From Thermoplasmata archaeon (lineage in GTDB: Archaea; Thermoplasmatota; SW-10-69-26; JACQPN01; JAJPHT01): DNA of 64,000 bases. Under the pieces are notes generated by a model that was not told the origin of the DNA, did not search any database, and saw only the letters and a list, made by a program, of their open reading frames with translations. The stretch spans positions 64,001-128,000 of the forward strand of contig JAXDQU010000034.1 in the NCBI GenBank assembly GCA_034667685.1, read 5' to 3'. Positions 28,251 to 37,212 of this stretch are shown here, piece by piece; position 1 is the stretch's first letter, and every line of letters starts with the position of its first letter. Both the position numbers and the translations under genes were made by a program.

Positions 28251-28457
28251 ATGCCCAAGCCGGAGCCCGAGCCGCAGCCGCGTCCCTCACGCACGCGCCG
28301 CGCGCTGATCTGGCTCCTCAAGGCGCCCTTCCGCCTGCTCTGGCTCCTGGTCAAGTGGCTCGGCAAGCTCCTGTGGTGGGCGTTCAGCGCGGGCTTCAAG
28401 GCGGGACGCTCCGCCCCGCGCGAGGCGCCCGAAGAGGACGCCCCGCGCAAGGGCTGA
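28251..28457 (+). CDS. Small basic, Trp-rich amphipathic membrane peptide
   Basis: MPKPEPEPQPRPSRTRRALIWLLKAPFRLLWLLVKWLGKLLWWAF; TTTA element about 25 nt upstream. Confidence 0.6.
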   Translation: MPKPEPEPQPRPSRTRRALIWLLKAPFRLLWLLVKWLGKLLWWAFSAGFKAGRSAPREAPEEDAPRKG

Positions 28458-28460
28458 CGC

Positions 28461-28671
28461 GAGCCCATCCGACGACTCGCGCGGGGCTGCGGCCAACGAT
28501 GCAGGGCCGGCTGCTTCGTTGCGCTCGACGAGGCCGCGGCCTCGCCGGCGCCTCGCTACGCTCAGCGCGACCGCTCGAAAGCCCGCTACGGGGATTCCTT
28601 CGGGATCGCGCGCCTCGCATCCGGCCCTGCCTCGTCGGCCTCGCCTGCCGCGCGAGTCGTCGGATGGGCTC
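28461..28671. mobile_element. 211-bp MITE/REPIN-like element with 24-bp perfect terminal inverted repeats
   Basis: gagcccatccgacgactcgcgcgg (28461-84) / ccgcgcgagtcgtcggatgggctc (28648-71); imperfect pairing extends inward; fills the gap between convergent stops. Confidence 0.6.
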
Positions 28672-29259
28672 TCAGATCGAGGTCACGACGAGGTCGTCGA
28701 AGAGGCACGTCGAGGCGGCGGAGGAGCCCTCGTCGTACATTTCGAGCCACACGGTCGCGGTCACGGCGCCCGCGGGCGCGGTCGCGGTGAAGGGGTAGGC
28801 CGCGAGCCAGTGGCCCTGCCAGAGGGCGGAACCCTGCATCGTCCAGCCCAGCCAGTTGCCCGACGCGTCCTGGAAGTCGATCACGACCTCGGGCTCGCAA
28901 TCGATGGGGCCCGCGTCCCGCGTCATGACCGTGACGCGGTACGCCGTGCCCGCCGAGACGGAGAAGGCGTCGCTCTGCGCGCCGCACGAGCCGCGCTGGC
29001 CCGAGGCGTGCGTGACCGCGAGCGAGTGCGATCCCGAGTAGGCGGTGCTCGACTGGGCGACGGAGCAGTACGAGGAGCCGTCGAAGGAGCCCGTGAAGCC
29101 CGTGTCGGCGGCGGAGTTGCTCCAGTGGTCGGGGATGCCACCGGTCCCGTTCTCGAAGCCGCCGTTGGGCGCGACGTTGCCCAGGGCCTGGGCGAAGCCG
29201 GGCGCCACGGCAAGAGCGAGGAAACCGACGATCAGCGTGTTGCGGATCTTGCGCGTCAT
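28672..29259 (-). CDS. Secreted carbohydrate-binding-module-like (CBM4/9 jelly-roll) protein
   Basis: Signal peptide AQA; NVAPNGGFE..P..W, AYSGSHSL, VSAGTAY, TAPAGA, FDDL. Confidence 0.75.
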   Translation of the reverse strand: MTRKIRNTLIVGFLALAVAPGFAQALGNVAPNGGFENGTGGIPDHWSNSAADTGFTGSFDGSSYCSVAQSSTAYSGSHSLAVTHASGQRGSCGAQSDAFSVSAGTAYRVTVMTRDAGPIDCEPEVVIDFQDASGNWLGWTMQGSALWQGHWLAAYPFTATAPAGAVTATVWLEMYDEGSSAASTCLFDDLVVTSI

Positions 29260-29352
29260 GCAGGGGGGCCCACACGCCCCGCGAGCATGGGATGATGGGT
29301 CATGGCGTTTCCACGCGGAACGCTTTTCATGCGGCGCCGCGTGGCGGCGCTT

Positions 29353-30078
29353 GTGCTCACCCTCGTCCTCGCGGAAGCGGAGCTCGAGCTCGTGCCCGAG
29401 AACATCGTCCTCCACCCGCAGGTCCAGCGCGCGGCGCGGCACAAGGACCGGCGCCCCTCGCGCACGCTCCTGGACAGCAGCCTCCACCACGAGGCGCTCC
29501 GCCAGGTGCCCGAGGGCGAGCGGCGCGGCCGGCCCGACCTCGTCCACTTCGCGATGCTGCTGGGCCTCGACAGCGCGCTCAACCAGGCCGACGAATTGCG
29601 CATCGTCGTCCACACGCGCAACGACGAGCGCCTCGCCATCCACCCCGACACGCGCCTGATGCGCAACTATCCGCGCTTCGTGGGCCTCATGGAGAAGCTC
29701 TTCCAGGAGGGCGCCTCGCCCAAGGAGAACCCGCTCCTCGTGCTGGAGCCGGGCTGGCCGCTGGCGCGCATCCTGGAGCACCACAAGAGCGGCCCCATCG
29801 TCGCCTTCCACGAGAAGGGCGCCCCCGTCGAGCCGGGCGCCTACCTCGCCGCCAAGCGCGAGGCCTCGCCCGATTTGACCGTGGTGCTGGGCGCCTTCCC
29901 GCACGGCGACTTCCACGCCCCCGCCGAGACGTGGGCCAACGAGGTCGTGGGCCTGGGCGGCAACGCGCTCTCCGTCTGGACCGTCGAGATGGAGATCCTG
30001 GCGCACTGGGAGCGCGCCTGCAAGGTGTTCCCGCGCGCGGTCGCGCCGAGTCCTCAGGCCGCACCCACGCCCGAATGA
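29353..30078 (+). CDS. nep1: Nep1/EMG1 rRNA pseudouridine methyltransferase, paralogue 2
   Basis: LAEAELELVP, LLDSSLHH, RRGRPDLVH, RNYPRFVGLMEKLF, GAFPHGDF; GTG start inferred. Confidence 0.9.
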   Translation: MLTLVLAEAELELVPENIVLHPQVQRAARHKDRRPSRTLLDSSLHHEALRQVPEGERRGRPDLVHFAMLLGLDSALNQADELRIVVHTRNDERLAIHPDTRLMRNYPRFVGLMEKLFQEGASPKENPLLVLEPGWPLARILEHHKSGPIVAFHEKGAPVEPGAYLAAKREASPDLTVVLGAFPHGDFHAPAETWANEVVGLGGNALSVWTVEMEILAHWERACKVFPRAVAPSPQAAPTPE

Positions 30079-30093
30079 TGGCAGAAGGCGCGA

Positions 30094-30165
30094 CGTCTTC
30101 CCGTCTTCTTGTCTTCCTCGCCCTGCCGGAGGCGCTTCGCGCCGAACGAGGAAGACGGGAAGACG
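30094..30165. repeat. Inverted repeat of the GGGAAGAC family (related to 15776-15886)
   Basis: cgtcttcccgtcttc...ttcctcg versus cgaggaagacgggaagacg, between convergent genes. Confidence 0.75.
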
Positions 30166-30179
30166 AACGACGGTGCTCG

Positions 30180-30806
30180 TCAACGAAGCTGCCGCCACCC
30201 GCTCCAGAATCGCTGGAGCGCGGTCAGGTTGCCCACGATGGCGAAGTAGGCGAGCATCAGCACCAGCGGCTCGGCGCCGAACGGGATCGCGATGCCCGCG
30301 AGGTACGCGAGCCATGCCAGCGCGGGGACGGCGATGAGGATGACGAGCCGGTCCGCGCGTCCCAGCCAGCCGGCGTACATGCGCCCGAGGCCCAGCGCCT
30401 GCGCCTGCGTGCCCATGTAGCTCGTGAGGAACGTGCCGACGATGGCGAAGACGCCCCACGCGAGGCTGCCCAGGGGCGAGAGCGTGAGGCCCAGGAGGAT
30501 CGCCGCGTCGCTGTAGCGGTCCACCACGTGGTCGAGGAAGTCGCCGCGCTTCGTCTCCTGGTTGGTGAGCCGCGCGAGCTTGCCGTCGAGCCCGTCGAGG
30601 ATCGCGTTGACGGCCACGGCCGCCGCGCCCGCGACGAGCAGCCACGCGCGCTCCCGCGTGGCGAAGGCGAACGCGACCGCGGCCGCGAGCGCGAAGAGGA
30701 GCGAGACCGCGGTCAGCGCGTTGGGCGAGACGTTCCAGCGGTGGAGCTGCCGCGCGGCGGGGGCCAGGAAATTGCCCCACCCGGTGCGGTATCGCTCTAG
30801 AACCAC
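30180..30806 (-). CDS. CDP-alcohol phosphatidyltransferase
   Basis: SPNALT, DGLDGKLAR, GDFLDHVVDRYSD signature. Confidence 0.93.
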   Translation of the reverse strand: MVLERYRTGWGNFLAPAARQLHRWNVSPNALTAVSLLFALAAAVAFAFATRERAWLLVAGAAAVAVNAILDGLDGKLARLTNQETKRGDFLDHVVDRYSDAAILLGLTLSPLGSLAWGVFAIVGTFLTSYMGTQAQALGLGRMYAGWLGRADRLVILIAVPALAWLAYLAGIAIPFGAEPLVLMLAYFAIVGNLTALQRFWSGWRQLR

Positions 30807-31339
30807 GGCAATCGCTCCAACGCCCAGCGCGCCGAACCCACCCGCGTCCCATTCAAGGCTTGCGGAGCGGTGTCGGCGATCGCCCGCACCTGCGCGGCCA
30901 CGGCTTCGACGCTCTCCCGGGTCGCGTCGATCTCGACGGCGGGCAGGCCGGTGTCCAGGACCTCCTGCGCCAGCACGTCCAGCGCCTCGGCCTCGACGTT
31001 CTCGCGGACCTTGGGCTCGGGCCAGCCGCGCGCGCGCAGCCGCTCCACCAGGACGAGCGGGTCGAGGCGCAGCAGCGCGATGGCGTCGACGTCCATCTCG
31101 TGCGCGAAGTGCCCCTCGATCACGACCGTCGCGGTCTCGGCTTCGAGCACGCCGTTGAGGCGCTCGGCGAGGTCGTCCATGTCCACCAGGAAGGCGCCGC
31201 GCGCCTCGTCCTTCTCGTCGAGGAGGCCGGCCGCGCGCGCGAAGTCGTTCAGGTGGATCACGCGCACGCCCTGCTTGGCGAGGGCCTCCGCCACCGTGGT
31301 CTTGCCGGTGCCGGGGACGCCTGTGAGGGCGAGGCGCAC
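30797..31339 (-). CDS. Archaeal adenylate kinase, AK6/Fap7 type
   Basis: LTGVPGTGKTT, VIEGHFAH, RL.ARGW...KVRENVEAE. Confidence 0.92.
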   Translation of the reverse strand: MRLALTGVPGTGKTTVAEALAKQGVRVIHLNDFARAAGLLDEKDEARGAFLVDMDDLAERLNGVLEAETATVVIEGHFAHEMDVDAIALLRLDPLVLVERLRARGWPEPKVRENVEAEALDVLAQEVLDTGLPAVEIDATRESVEAVAAQVRAIADTAPQALNGTRVGSARWALERLPWF

Positions 31340-31385
31340 GCGCCGCCACCAGGCGCGCCGATTTTAGCTCTTGTGATGGTGCTCG

Positions 31386-31486
31386 GGCCGCCTCCGGCGG
31401 AGGACGGACGGAATCTCCGCATCTCGGAATCTCAGGCCGTGATTCAGAGATTCTGAGATTCCGGCCTCCCTCCGCCGGAGGCGGCC
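31386..31486. repeat. Palindromic element with 18-bp perfect ends and GGAATCTC 8-mers
   Basis: ggccgcctccggcggagg / cctccgccggaggcggcc; left about 48 bp shared with 52914-52961. Confidence 0.88.
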
Positions 31487-31492
31487 ATGCGT

Positions 31493-33121
31493 CTACTCCT
31501 TCGGCATGCGCGCCTGCACGCGCGCCAGCGCCGCGCCCACGAGGCCGAGGAACGTCGGCGCGGGGCGCTCGGGACGCGACTTGAATTCGGGGTGGAACTG
31601 GCTCGCGACGAAGAACGGGTGCTCGGGCAATTCCAGCATCTCCATCAATTCGCCCGAGGGGTCGCGGCCGGTGTAACGGAGGCCCGCGGCCTCCAGCTTG
31701 GAGATGTAGCCCGGGTTCACCTCCCAGCGGTGGCGGTGGCGCTCGAAGATGACGTCCGCGTGGTAGAGATGCGCGACCTTGCTGCCGTGCGCGAGCCGGA
31801 CCTCACTCGCACCCAGGCGCATCGTGGCGCCCTTCGCCTCGTCCGCCGTGTGGCCAGGCAGGAGGTCGATGACGGGGTGCTTGGTGGCGGGGTTGATCTC
31901 GGTGCTGTTCGCGCCTTCGAGGCCCAGCACGTCGCGCGCGTACTCGCACGTGGCGAGCTGGAAGCCGAAGCAGATGCCCAGGAAGGGGACCTTCTTCTCG
32001 CGGGCGAAGCGGATCGCCGCGATCTTGCCTTCGGCGCCGCGCGGGCCGAAGCCGCCGGGCACGAGGATGCCGTCGAGCGAGCCGAGCAGGTCGGCCGGAT
32101 CGGGCGCGCGCTCCACGTCCTCCGCGTCGATCCAGCGGACGACGACCTTCGTGTCGTGCGCCGCGCCGGCGTGGACGAACGCCTCCTTGATCGAGAGGTA
32201 AGCGTCCGCGAGGTCGGTGTATTTTCCAACGACGCCGATGGTGACGTGGTGCGCGGGCGCGACGACCCTGTCGACGAACTCCTTCCACGCCGTCATCTCG
32301 CGGCCTTCGGTGTGCAGCTCCAGGCGCTTGACGATCCAGTCGGCGACGCCCTGCTCTTCGAGGAGGAGCGGGACCTCGTAGATGGTGCGCGCGTCGGGCG
32401 CGGAGATGACGGCGTCCTTGTCCACGTCGCAGAAGTTGGCGAGCTTCTCCCGGACCTTGGGGTCGAGGCGCGTCTCGCTGCGGCACACGAGCATATCCGG
32501 GTGCAGGCCCACGCGGCGCATCTCCTGGACGCTGTGCTGGGTGGGCTTGGTCTTCTGCTCGCCCACGGCGCCCATCACCGGGACGAGCGTGGTGTGGACG
32601 AACATCATGTTCTTGTGGCCGACTTCGAGGTGGAGCTGGCGGAGCGCTTCGAGGAAGGGCGCCGATTCGATATCACCGACGGTGCCGCCCACTTCGACGA
32701 GGCAGACGTCCGCGTCGGCGGCCTTGGCGGCGCGCTTGATGTGGTCGCGGATCTCGTTGGTGACGTGCGGGATGATCTGCACCGTCTTCCCGAGGTAGTC
32801 GCCGCGGCGCTCGCGGTCGATGACGGCCTTGTAGGCCTTGCCGGTGGTGATGTTGTTCGCGCGCCCCATCGGCAGGTCGAGGAAGCGCTCGTAGTTGCCC
32901 AGGTCCTGGTCGACCTCGCCGCCGTCGTCGAGGACGAAGACCTCGCCGTGCTCGAAGGGGTTCATGGTGCCCGCGTCGATGTTGACGTAGGGGTCGATCT
33001 TCACGGCCGCGAGCTTGACGCCGCGCGCCTTGAGCAGCTTCCCGATCGAAGAAGTGGTAATGCCCTTTCCGAGCCCGGAGAGGACGCCGCCCGTCACGAC
33101 GATGAACTTCGTCGGCTTCAC
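31493..33121 (-). CDS. pyrG: CTP synthase
   Basis: VTGGVLSGLGKG, KIDPYVNIDAGTM, KTKPTQHSV, GICFGFQ, ERHRHR, QFHPE. Confidence 0.98.
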   Translation of the reverse strand: MKPTKFIVVTGGVLSGLGKGITTSSIGKLLKARGVKLAAVKIDPYVNIDAGTMNPFEHGEVFVLDDGGEVDQDLGNYERFLDLPMGRANNITTGKAYKAVIDRERRGDYLGKTVQIIPHVTNEIRDHIKRAAKAADADVCLVEVGGTVGDIESAPFLEALRQLHLEVGHKNMMFVHTTLVPVMGAVGEQKTKPTQHSVQEMRRVGLHPDMLVCRSETRLDPKVREKLANFCDVDKDAVISAPDARTIYEVPLLLEEQGVADWIVKRLELHTEGREMTAWKEFVDRVVAPAHHVTIGVVGKYTDLADAYLSIKEAFVHAGAAHDTKVVVRWIDAEDVERAPDPADLLGSLDGILVPGGFGPRGAEGKIAAIRFAREKKVPFLGICFGFQLATCEYARDVLGLEGANSTEINPATKHPVIDLLPGHTADEAKGATMRLGASEVRLAHGSKVAHLYHADVIFERHRHRWEVNPGYISKLEAAGLRYTGRDPSGELMEMLELPEHPFFVASQFHPEFKSRPERPAPTFLGLVGAALARVQARMPKE

Positions 33122-33219
33122 GGGAACCGACGATCCCTGCCCCTGGATTTCTACCTATGGGGCGGGGCGGGGGGCGTTTCGTGTGCGACGCGTGGCCCGC
33201 GTCGTCGGGATCGTGCCGC

Positions 33220-34005
33220 TCAGTCCCAAATGTACCCGTCGGTCGGGACGCTGAGGATGTACGAGGGATGCACGATCTGGCAGGTCTGGTCGTGGCAGAG
33301 GACGAGGCCGACGGACACGGGCCCCGTGAAAAGGGCGGCCCAGGCCGAACCATCGGCACCCGTGCAGTCGCCACCGTTCGGGTCCGCCCGGACCGCGCCC
33401 TGCGCGACCGCGCCGTAGGTGGTCACCCACGGGTCGGGGTCAGTCGTGCTGCCGTCGTGCGGGTTCGGATTCCCCGCAAGCGTGGCGGGCGTATCGGTGG
33501 CCGCGTCTCCGATCTGCCCACTTCCACAATCAAACGGTGCCGTGTCATAGTCCCCGCTGATGATGCCGTCGCCCCTGCACGCCGTTGCGCCGCTCGCAGG
33601 GAGGCTGGGAACTTGGCCGTCAGAGCCCAGCGCGAATGCGACATCGAACCCCCCCACATTGCCCACGACGTGGGCTCCTGTGCCACTGCCGGAGGCGTGG
33701 TGGCCGTTGGGCAGCGCGCACGCGCTCGCGTCGGTCTCCAGGAACTGTGCGCCGAACTGGCCCATGTCGTTCTCGCCGTCCCCTTGAGGGTGGTTGATCG
33801 GATCGACGCAAGAGTCCCACGAATGAACGGTCGTGCCATCGAATGTGACCTGGTTCCCGCTGCTTGCCGTAGGTGGGGGAAGGAACGTGTAGTGGTGGAA
33901 CACCTGATGCGGGTCGCACGTGCCTGTGATCCCTGAGCTCGAAGCTGTGAGAGGGGCCGCCGCCAAGATGGCAAGGACCAGAAGGACCAGGATCATCGTG
34001 CGCAT
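33220..34005 (-). CDS. Secreted Gly/Asp/Cys-rich hypothetical protein (paralogue of the C-terminal half of 46935-48290)
   Basis: Signal peptide MRTMILVLLVLAILAAAP; visibly lower GC; shared motifs GDGxNxxGQxGAQF, YDTxPxDCGxG, ATLAGN, DPDPW, DPNGxDC. Confidence 0.75.
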   Translation of the reverse strand: MRTMILVLLVLAILAAAPLTASSSGITGTCDPHQVFHHYTFLPPPTASSGNQVTFDGTTVHSWDSCVDPINHPQGDGENDMGQFGAQFLETDASACALPNGHHASGSGTGAHVVGNVGGFDVAFALGSDGQVPSLPASGATACRGDGIISGDYDTAPFDCGSGQIGDAATDTPATLAGNPNPHDGSTTDPDPWVTTYGAVAQGAVRADPNGGDCTGADGSAWAALFTGPVSVGLVLCHDQTCQIVHPSYILSVPTDGYIWD

Positions 34006-34053
34006 AGGGAGACCAGGGATGGCTGAGGCGCTAATCGTTGTGGAGGAATCTTG

Positions 34054-35631
34054 TCAGGGCACGCGCCACTTCCCGCGCAGCGCGACCTGCTCGCGATAGC
34101 GCGCCTCGTCCGCCTCGCGCTCCTTGGCGTTGCGGCCCAGCATGGCGTCGAGGCGGTCGAGCACGACGGGCAGCGCGTCGAGGCCTTGGCAGGCTTCCCA
34201 TCCGCAGCGGGTGCGGCGCAGGAGGACGTCGGCGGCGGCGCGCGCCATCTCGCATTCGATGGCGTGGTCCGCCTCGGCGGCGAGCATGGGCGCGTGGGGG
34301 CAGAGCACGCGGCCCTGCGCGGGGTCGCGCGCGACGCGGTCGAGCACGTCGCCTGCGCGCGTGCCGTACGTGGTGGCGAGCGTGCGCGCGACGCCGGGCG
34401 GCAAGCGAAGCTCGGCCGCGCGGTCCTCCAGCGCCTTGACGAGGGGCTCCAGCGCGGGGGGCGCGCCGGGGAGGGGGGCGCGCGCGGTGTCGCTATGCGT
34501 GCGGGGCGCCACGCGGTCGACGACCTCCTCGCACACCTGGCGGTAGGGCGTGATCTTCCCGCCCACGAGCGTCACGAGGCCGTCATCCTCCAAGATCTGG
34601 TGCTTGCGCGAGACCTCGCTCTCGGTCTTGCCTTCCTCGAAGATGAGGTTGCGCACGCCAGCCCACGTGTAGCGCACGGTCTCGACGTCGGCGCGCGGGA
34701 GCGCGGAGCGGATGCCGCGCTGGAGGTACGTCACGTCGTCGCGGTCCGCGGCCACCTCGTCCGGGTCGTCGTCGAAGTCCGTGTCCGTGGTGCCCACGAG
34801 CTGGTGGTCGAGCCACGGGATGCTGAAGAAGACGCGGTCGTCGTCCGGGCTAAAGAGCAGGATGGCGTGCGTCGTGGCGCGGGGCGTGACGATGTGCGTG
34901 CCCTTCGTCATGCGGCTCCGCGCATCGGGCGCGCCGGGCACGCGGTGCAGCCACGGGCCGGTGGCGTTCACGACGCGGCGCGCGCGCAGCGTGGCGCTCC
35001 GGCCCGAGATCGCGTCGTGGACCTCGGCGAGGAATGGCGGGCCGCGCGTGAGCGAGGCGAGCGAGCAGTGGTTGAGCGCGACGGCGCCGTGGTCGATCGC
35101 GTCCAGGACGTTCTCCACGCAGAGGCGCTCGACGAGCTCCACCTGCCCGTCGCCGTACGACGCGCCGCCGCGCAATCCTTCCGCGTTGAGCCCGGGCTCC
35201 AGCGCGAGAAGCTCGTCCTTGCCGTACACCTGGTGCGAGGGGACGACGCTCTTGCCCGCGAGCGCGTCGTAGAGGCGCAGGCCCATCTTGACCATCCACG
35301 GCGGCGTGCGCTGGCCGCGGTAGAACGGGATCAGGAAGAGGAGCGGGTGGACGAGGTGCGGCGCGTTGTGGAAGAGGCGCTCCCGCTCGACGAGCGACTC
35401 GCGCACGAGGCCGAAGTCGTACATCGCGAGGTAGCGCAGCCCGCCGTGGATCAGGCGCGTGCTGCGGCCCGTCGTGCCGTAGCCGAAGTCCTCCTTCTCC
35501 ACGAGCGCCACCGAGAGGCCGCGCCTTGCCGCGTCGCGCGCGACCCCCGCGCCGTTGATGCCGCCGCCCACCACGAGCAGGTCGAACGTCCGCCCTTCGA
35601 GCGCGTCGAGGCGGCGCGGAAGGGGGGGCAT
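34054..35631 (-). CDS. glpD: FAD-dependent glycerol-3-phosphate dehydrogenase/oxidase
   Basis: DLLVVGGGING.G.ARDAA.RGL, GT.GRSTRLIHGGLRYL, VVNATGPW, KGTHIV, GTTD, GGKIT. Confidence 0.92.
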   Translation of the reverse strand: MPPLPRRLDALEGRTFDLLVVGGGINGAGVARDAARRGLSVALVEKEDFGYGTTGRSTRLIHGGLRYLAMYDFGLVRESLVERERLFHNAPHLVHPLLFLIPFYRGQRTPPWMVKMGLRLYDALAGKSVVPSHQVYGKDELLALEPGLNAEGLRGGASYGDGQVELVERLCVENVLDAIDHGAVALNHCSLASLTRGPPFLAEVHDAISGRSATLRARRVVNATGPWLHRVPGAPDARSRMTKGTHIVTPRATTHAILLFSPDDDRVFFSIPWLDHQLVGTTDTDFDDDPDEVAADRDDVTYLQRGIRSALPRADVETVRYTWAGVRNLIFEEGKTESEVSRKHQILEDDGLVTLVGGKITPYRQVCEEVVDRVAPRTHSDTARAPLPGAPPALEPLVKALEDRAAELRLPPGVARTLATTYGTRAGDVLDRVARDPAQGRVLCPHAPMLAAEADHAIECEMARAAADVLLRRTRCGWEACQGLDALPVVLDRLDAMLGRNAKEREADEARYREQVALRGKWRVP

Positions 35632-35658
35632 CGAGCGCAGCGAGGATCGAGCGCGGCT

Positions 35659-36147
35659 TCAACGTGCCGTTTGATCCCACGCCACGCGCCGCGCGTCGAG
35701 CGCGCCCGTCTCCAGGTCGAGGCGCAGGCACGCCGCCTCGCCGCGCGACTCCGCCACCGGGCCAAGCTCGGCGTGGCGCTCCGCGATCCGCGTGGCCGCG
35801 CCGGGACGCACCACGAAGGAGGGAGCCTGCGCGGCGGGGTCGGACGTGAGCAGCATCGCGCGCCCGCCCGCGACGAGCCGCCGGGGGGCGGCGGCGTTGC
35901 GCAGCCACGCGACCTCCGCGCGCTCGATGCCGACGGGCTCCTTCAGCAACGCCTTGTCGAGCGGGCCCGCGACGAGCATGACGCCCTTGCGCCGCGCCAG
36001 CTCCAGCGTGTCCTGCGCGCCCGGGCCGGGCTCCGCGAGGTTGCCCAGGCACACCGGCTCGTCGCCCCCGCGCTTCGCGGCGTCGAGCAGCGCGTCGAGC
36101 GCCGCGACGCGCGAGCGGACGTCGGCGAAGAGCAGGAGACGCGCCAC
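35659..36147 (-). CDS. Degenerate calcineurin-like metallophosphoesterase-fold protein
   Basis: LLLFADVRS...AL..LL, VCLGNL, VAGPLD and C-terminal RRVAWD match the YfcE/PrpA-like layout, but metal ligands are substituted. Confidence 0.5.
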   Translation of the reverse strand: MARLLLFADVRSRVAALDALLDAAKRGGDEPVCLGNLAEPGPGAQDTLELARRKGVMLVAGPLDKALLKEPVGIERAEVAWLRNAAAPRRLVAGGRAMLLTSDPAAQAPSFVVRPGAATRIAERHAELGPVAESRGEAACLRLDLETGALDARRVAWDQTAR

Positions 36148-36290
36148 GGCGCCAGCAAGCCCGGCGGACTACTTGGACCCTCGCGACCTTCGCGCCGGCG
36201 CCCCCGGATCCCCGAGGGCGCCGCACGAGCGCCGGGCCGGACCGCGCTTCTGTTATCCTTCATATCGATGAAGCGCCCCGAGGCGGGCGC

Positions 36291-37115
36291 ATGGCGAAAT
36301 CCGCACGGAGAAGATTTGCTGCCTGGGAGCTGGCCGTCGTCCTTTCGGTCGGCGTCGGAGGGCTCGCGGGAATCGCGTTCACCGTCAACGCCGGCGGAAG
36401 CCACTTCGCTTCCCCCGATTCGAGCACCCATTGCGCAGGCTCTGCGCGGTGCTACGTCGACCGCTCCACCGATTGCGAGAACTCCACCCTCTGCAACTCG
36501 CGCTGCGAGGCGCCCGGCTCGTGCGCGCCGCGGCAGCCCCCGGCCAACGGGACGTTCACGATGCGCGTGTACGACGAGAACGGGCGGCCGGTCCCGGGGC
36601 CCGGCACCTGCTTGGCGTTGCCGGACGACGCGGATGGCCAGATGACCGTCCCCTCCGCGAACATCCAGGACGGCGTCTGCACGGGCGCCGCCCCCGGGAG
36701 GCTGACGCATCTCCAGAGCTACGTTTGGAACGAGGCCACGCGGCAGATGGAGCTGTGGGGCAAGAACGACTACAGCATCCCCCCGGGCGGGTCGGTGGAC
36801 TTCCCGCCCATGTTCCGCCAGAACGCCCGCTTCACCGGCCCGGCCACCGGCGCGACGGCGGGGGACGGCCTCGTCCTCGACGTGGGCGTGGTCGTCCCCG
36901 GCCCGAGCCCGGACCTGCGCGTGGAGTGCAACGCCACGCGGCCCGACGGCAGCCTGAGCCTCACGTCCAGCGACACCATCCCGGGCGAGAACGGGACGTA
37001 CGCCGCGCGGTGCGCGGAGGTGCCACCCGACGCGACCAGGGTGGTGCTTGACCTCAAGGAGCGCTTCGAGCCGCACCCCGAGGTCGTCGCGTCGCAGCTC
37101 TACGTCCCGACCTAA
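36291..37115 (+). CDS. Membrane-anchored or secreted Cys-rich hypothetical protein
   Basis: Basic N-terminus plus hydrophobic helix; 10 Cys, six of them clustered after the anchor. Confidence 0.7.
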   Translation: MAKSARRRFAAWELAVVLSVGVGGLAGIAFTVNAGGSHFASPDSSTHCAGSARCYVDRSTDCENSTLCNSRCEAPGSCAPRQPPANGTFTMRVYDENGRPVPGPGTCLALPDDADGQMTVPSANIQDGVCTGAAPGRLTHLQSYVWNEATRQMELWGKNDYSIPPGGSVDFPPMFRQNARFTGPATGATAGDGLVLDVGVVVPGPSPDLRVECNATRPDGSLSLTSSDTIPGENGTYAARCAEVPPDATRVVLDLKERFEPHPEVVASQLYVPT

Positions 37116-37212
37116 GCCGGGCCCATCCGCAGGGTCGGCTCCGGCTTTCGATCGAGGGCGGCGCGCCGGCGCGCCGATTCCTTTCTATACCGGATACCAT
37201 GTCCGATTCGCC

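Noticed and set aside
24166-35631. egsA plus glpD as evidence of mixed archaeal/bacterial membrane lipids
   Set aside because: FAD-dependent GlpD is a catabolic enzyme common in archaea; no gpsA or pls genes are in this window.
36291-36380. Class III (pilin) signal peptide RRR-FAAWE
   Set aside because: It lacks the Gly/Ala at -1 and no pilus genes are nearby; treated as an ordinary anchor.
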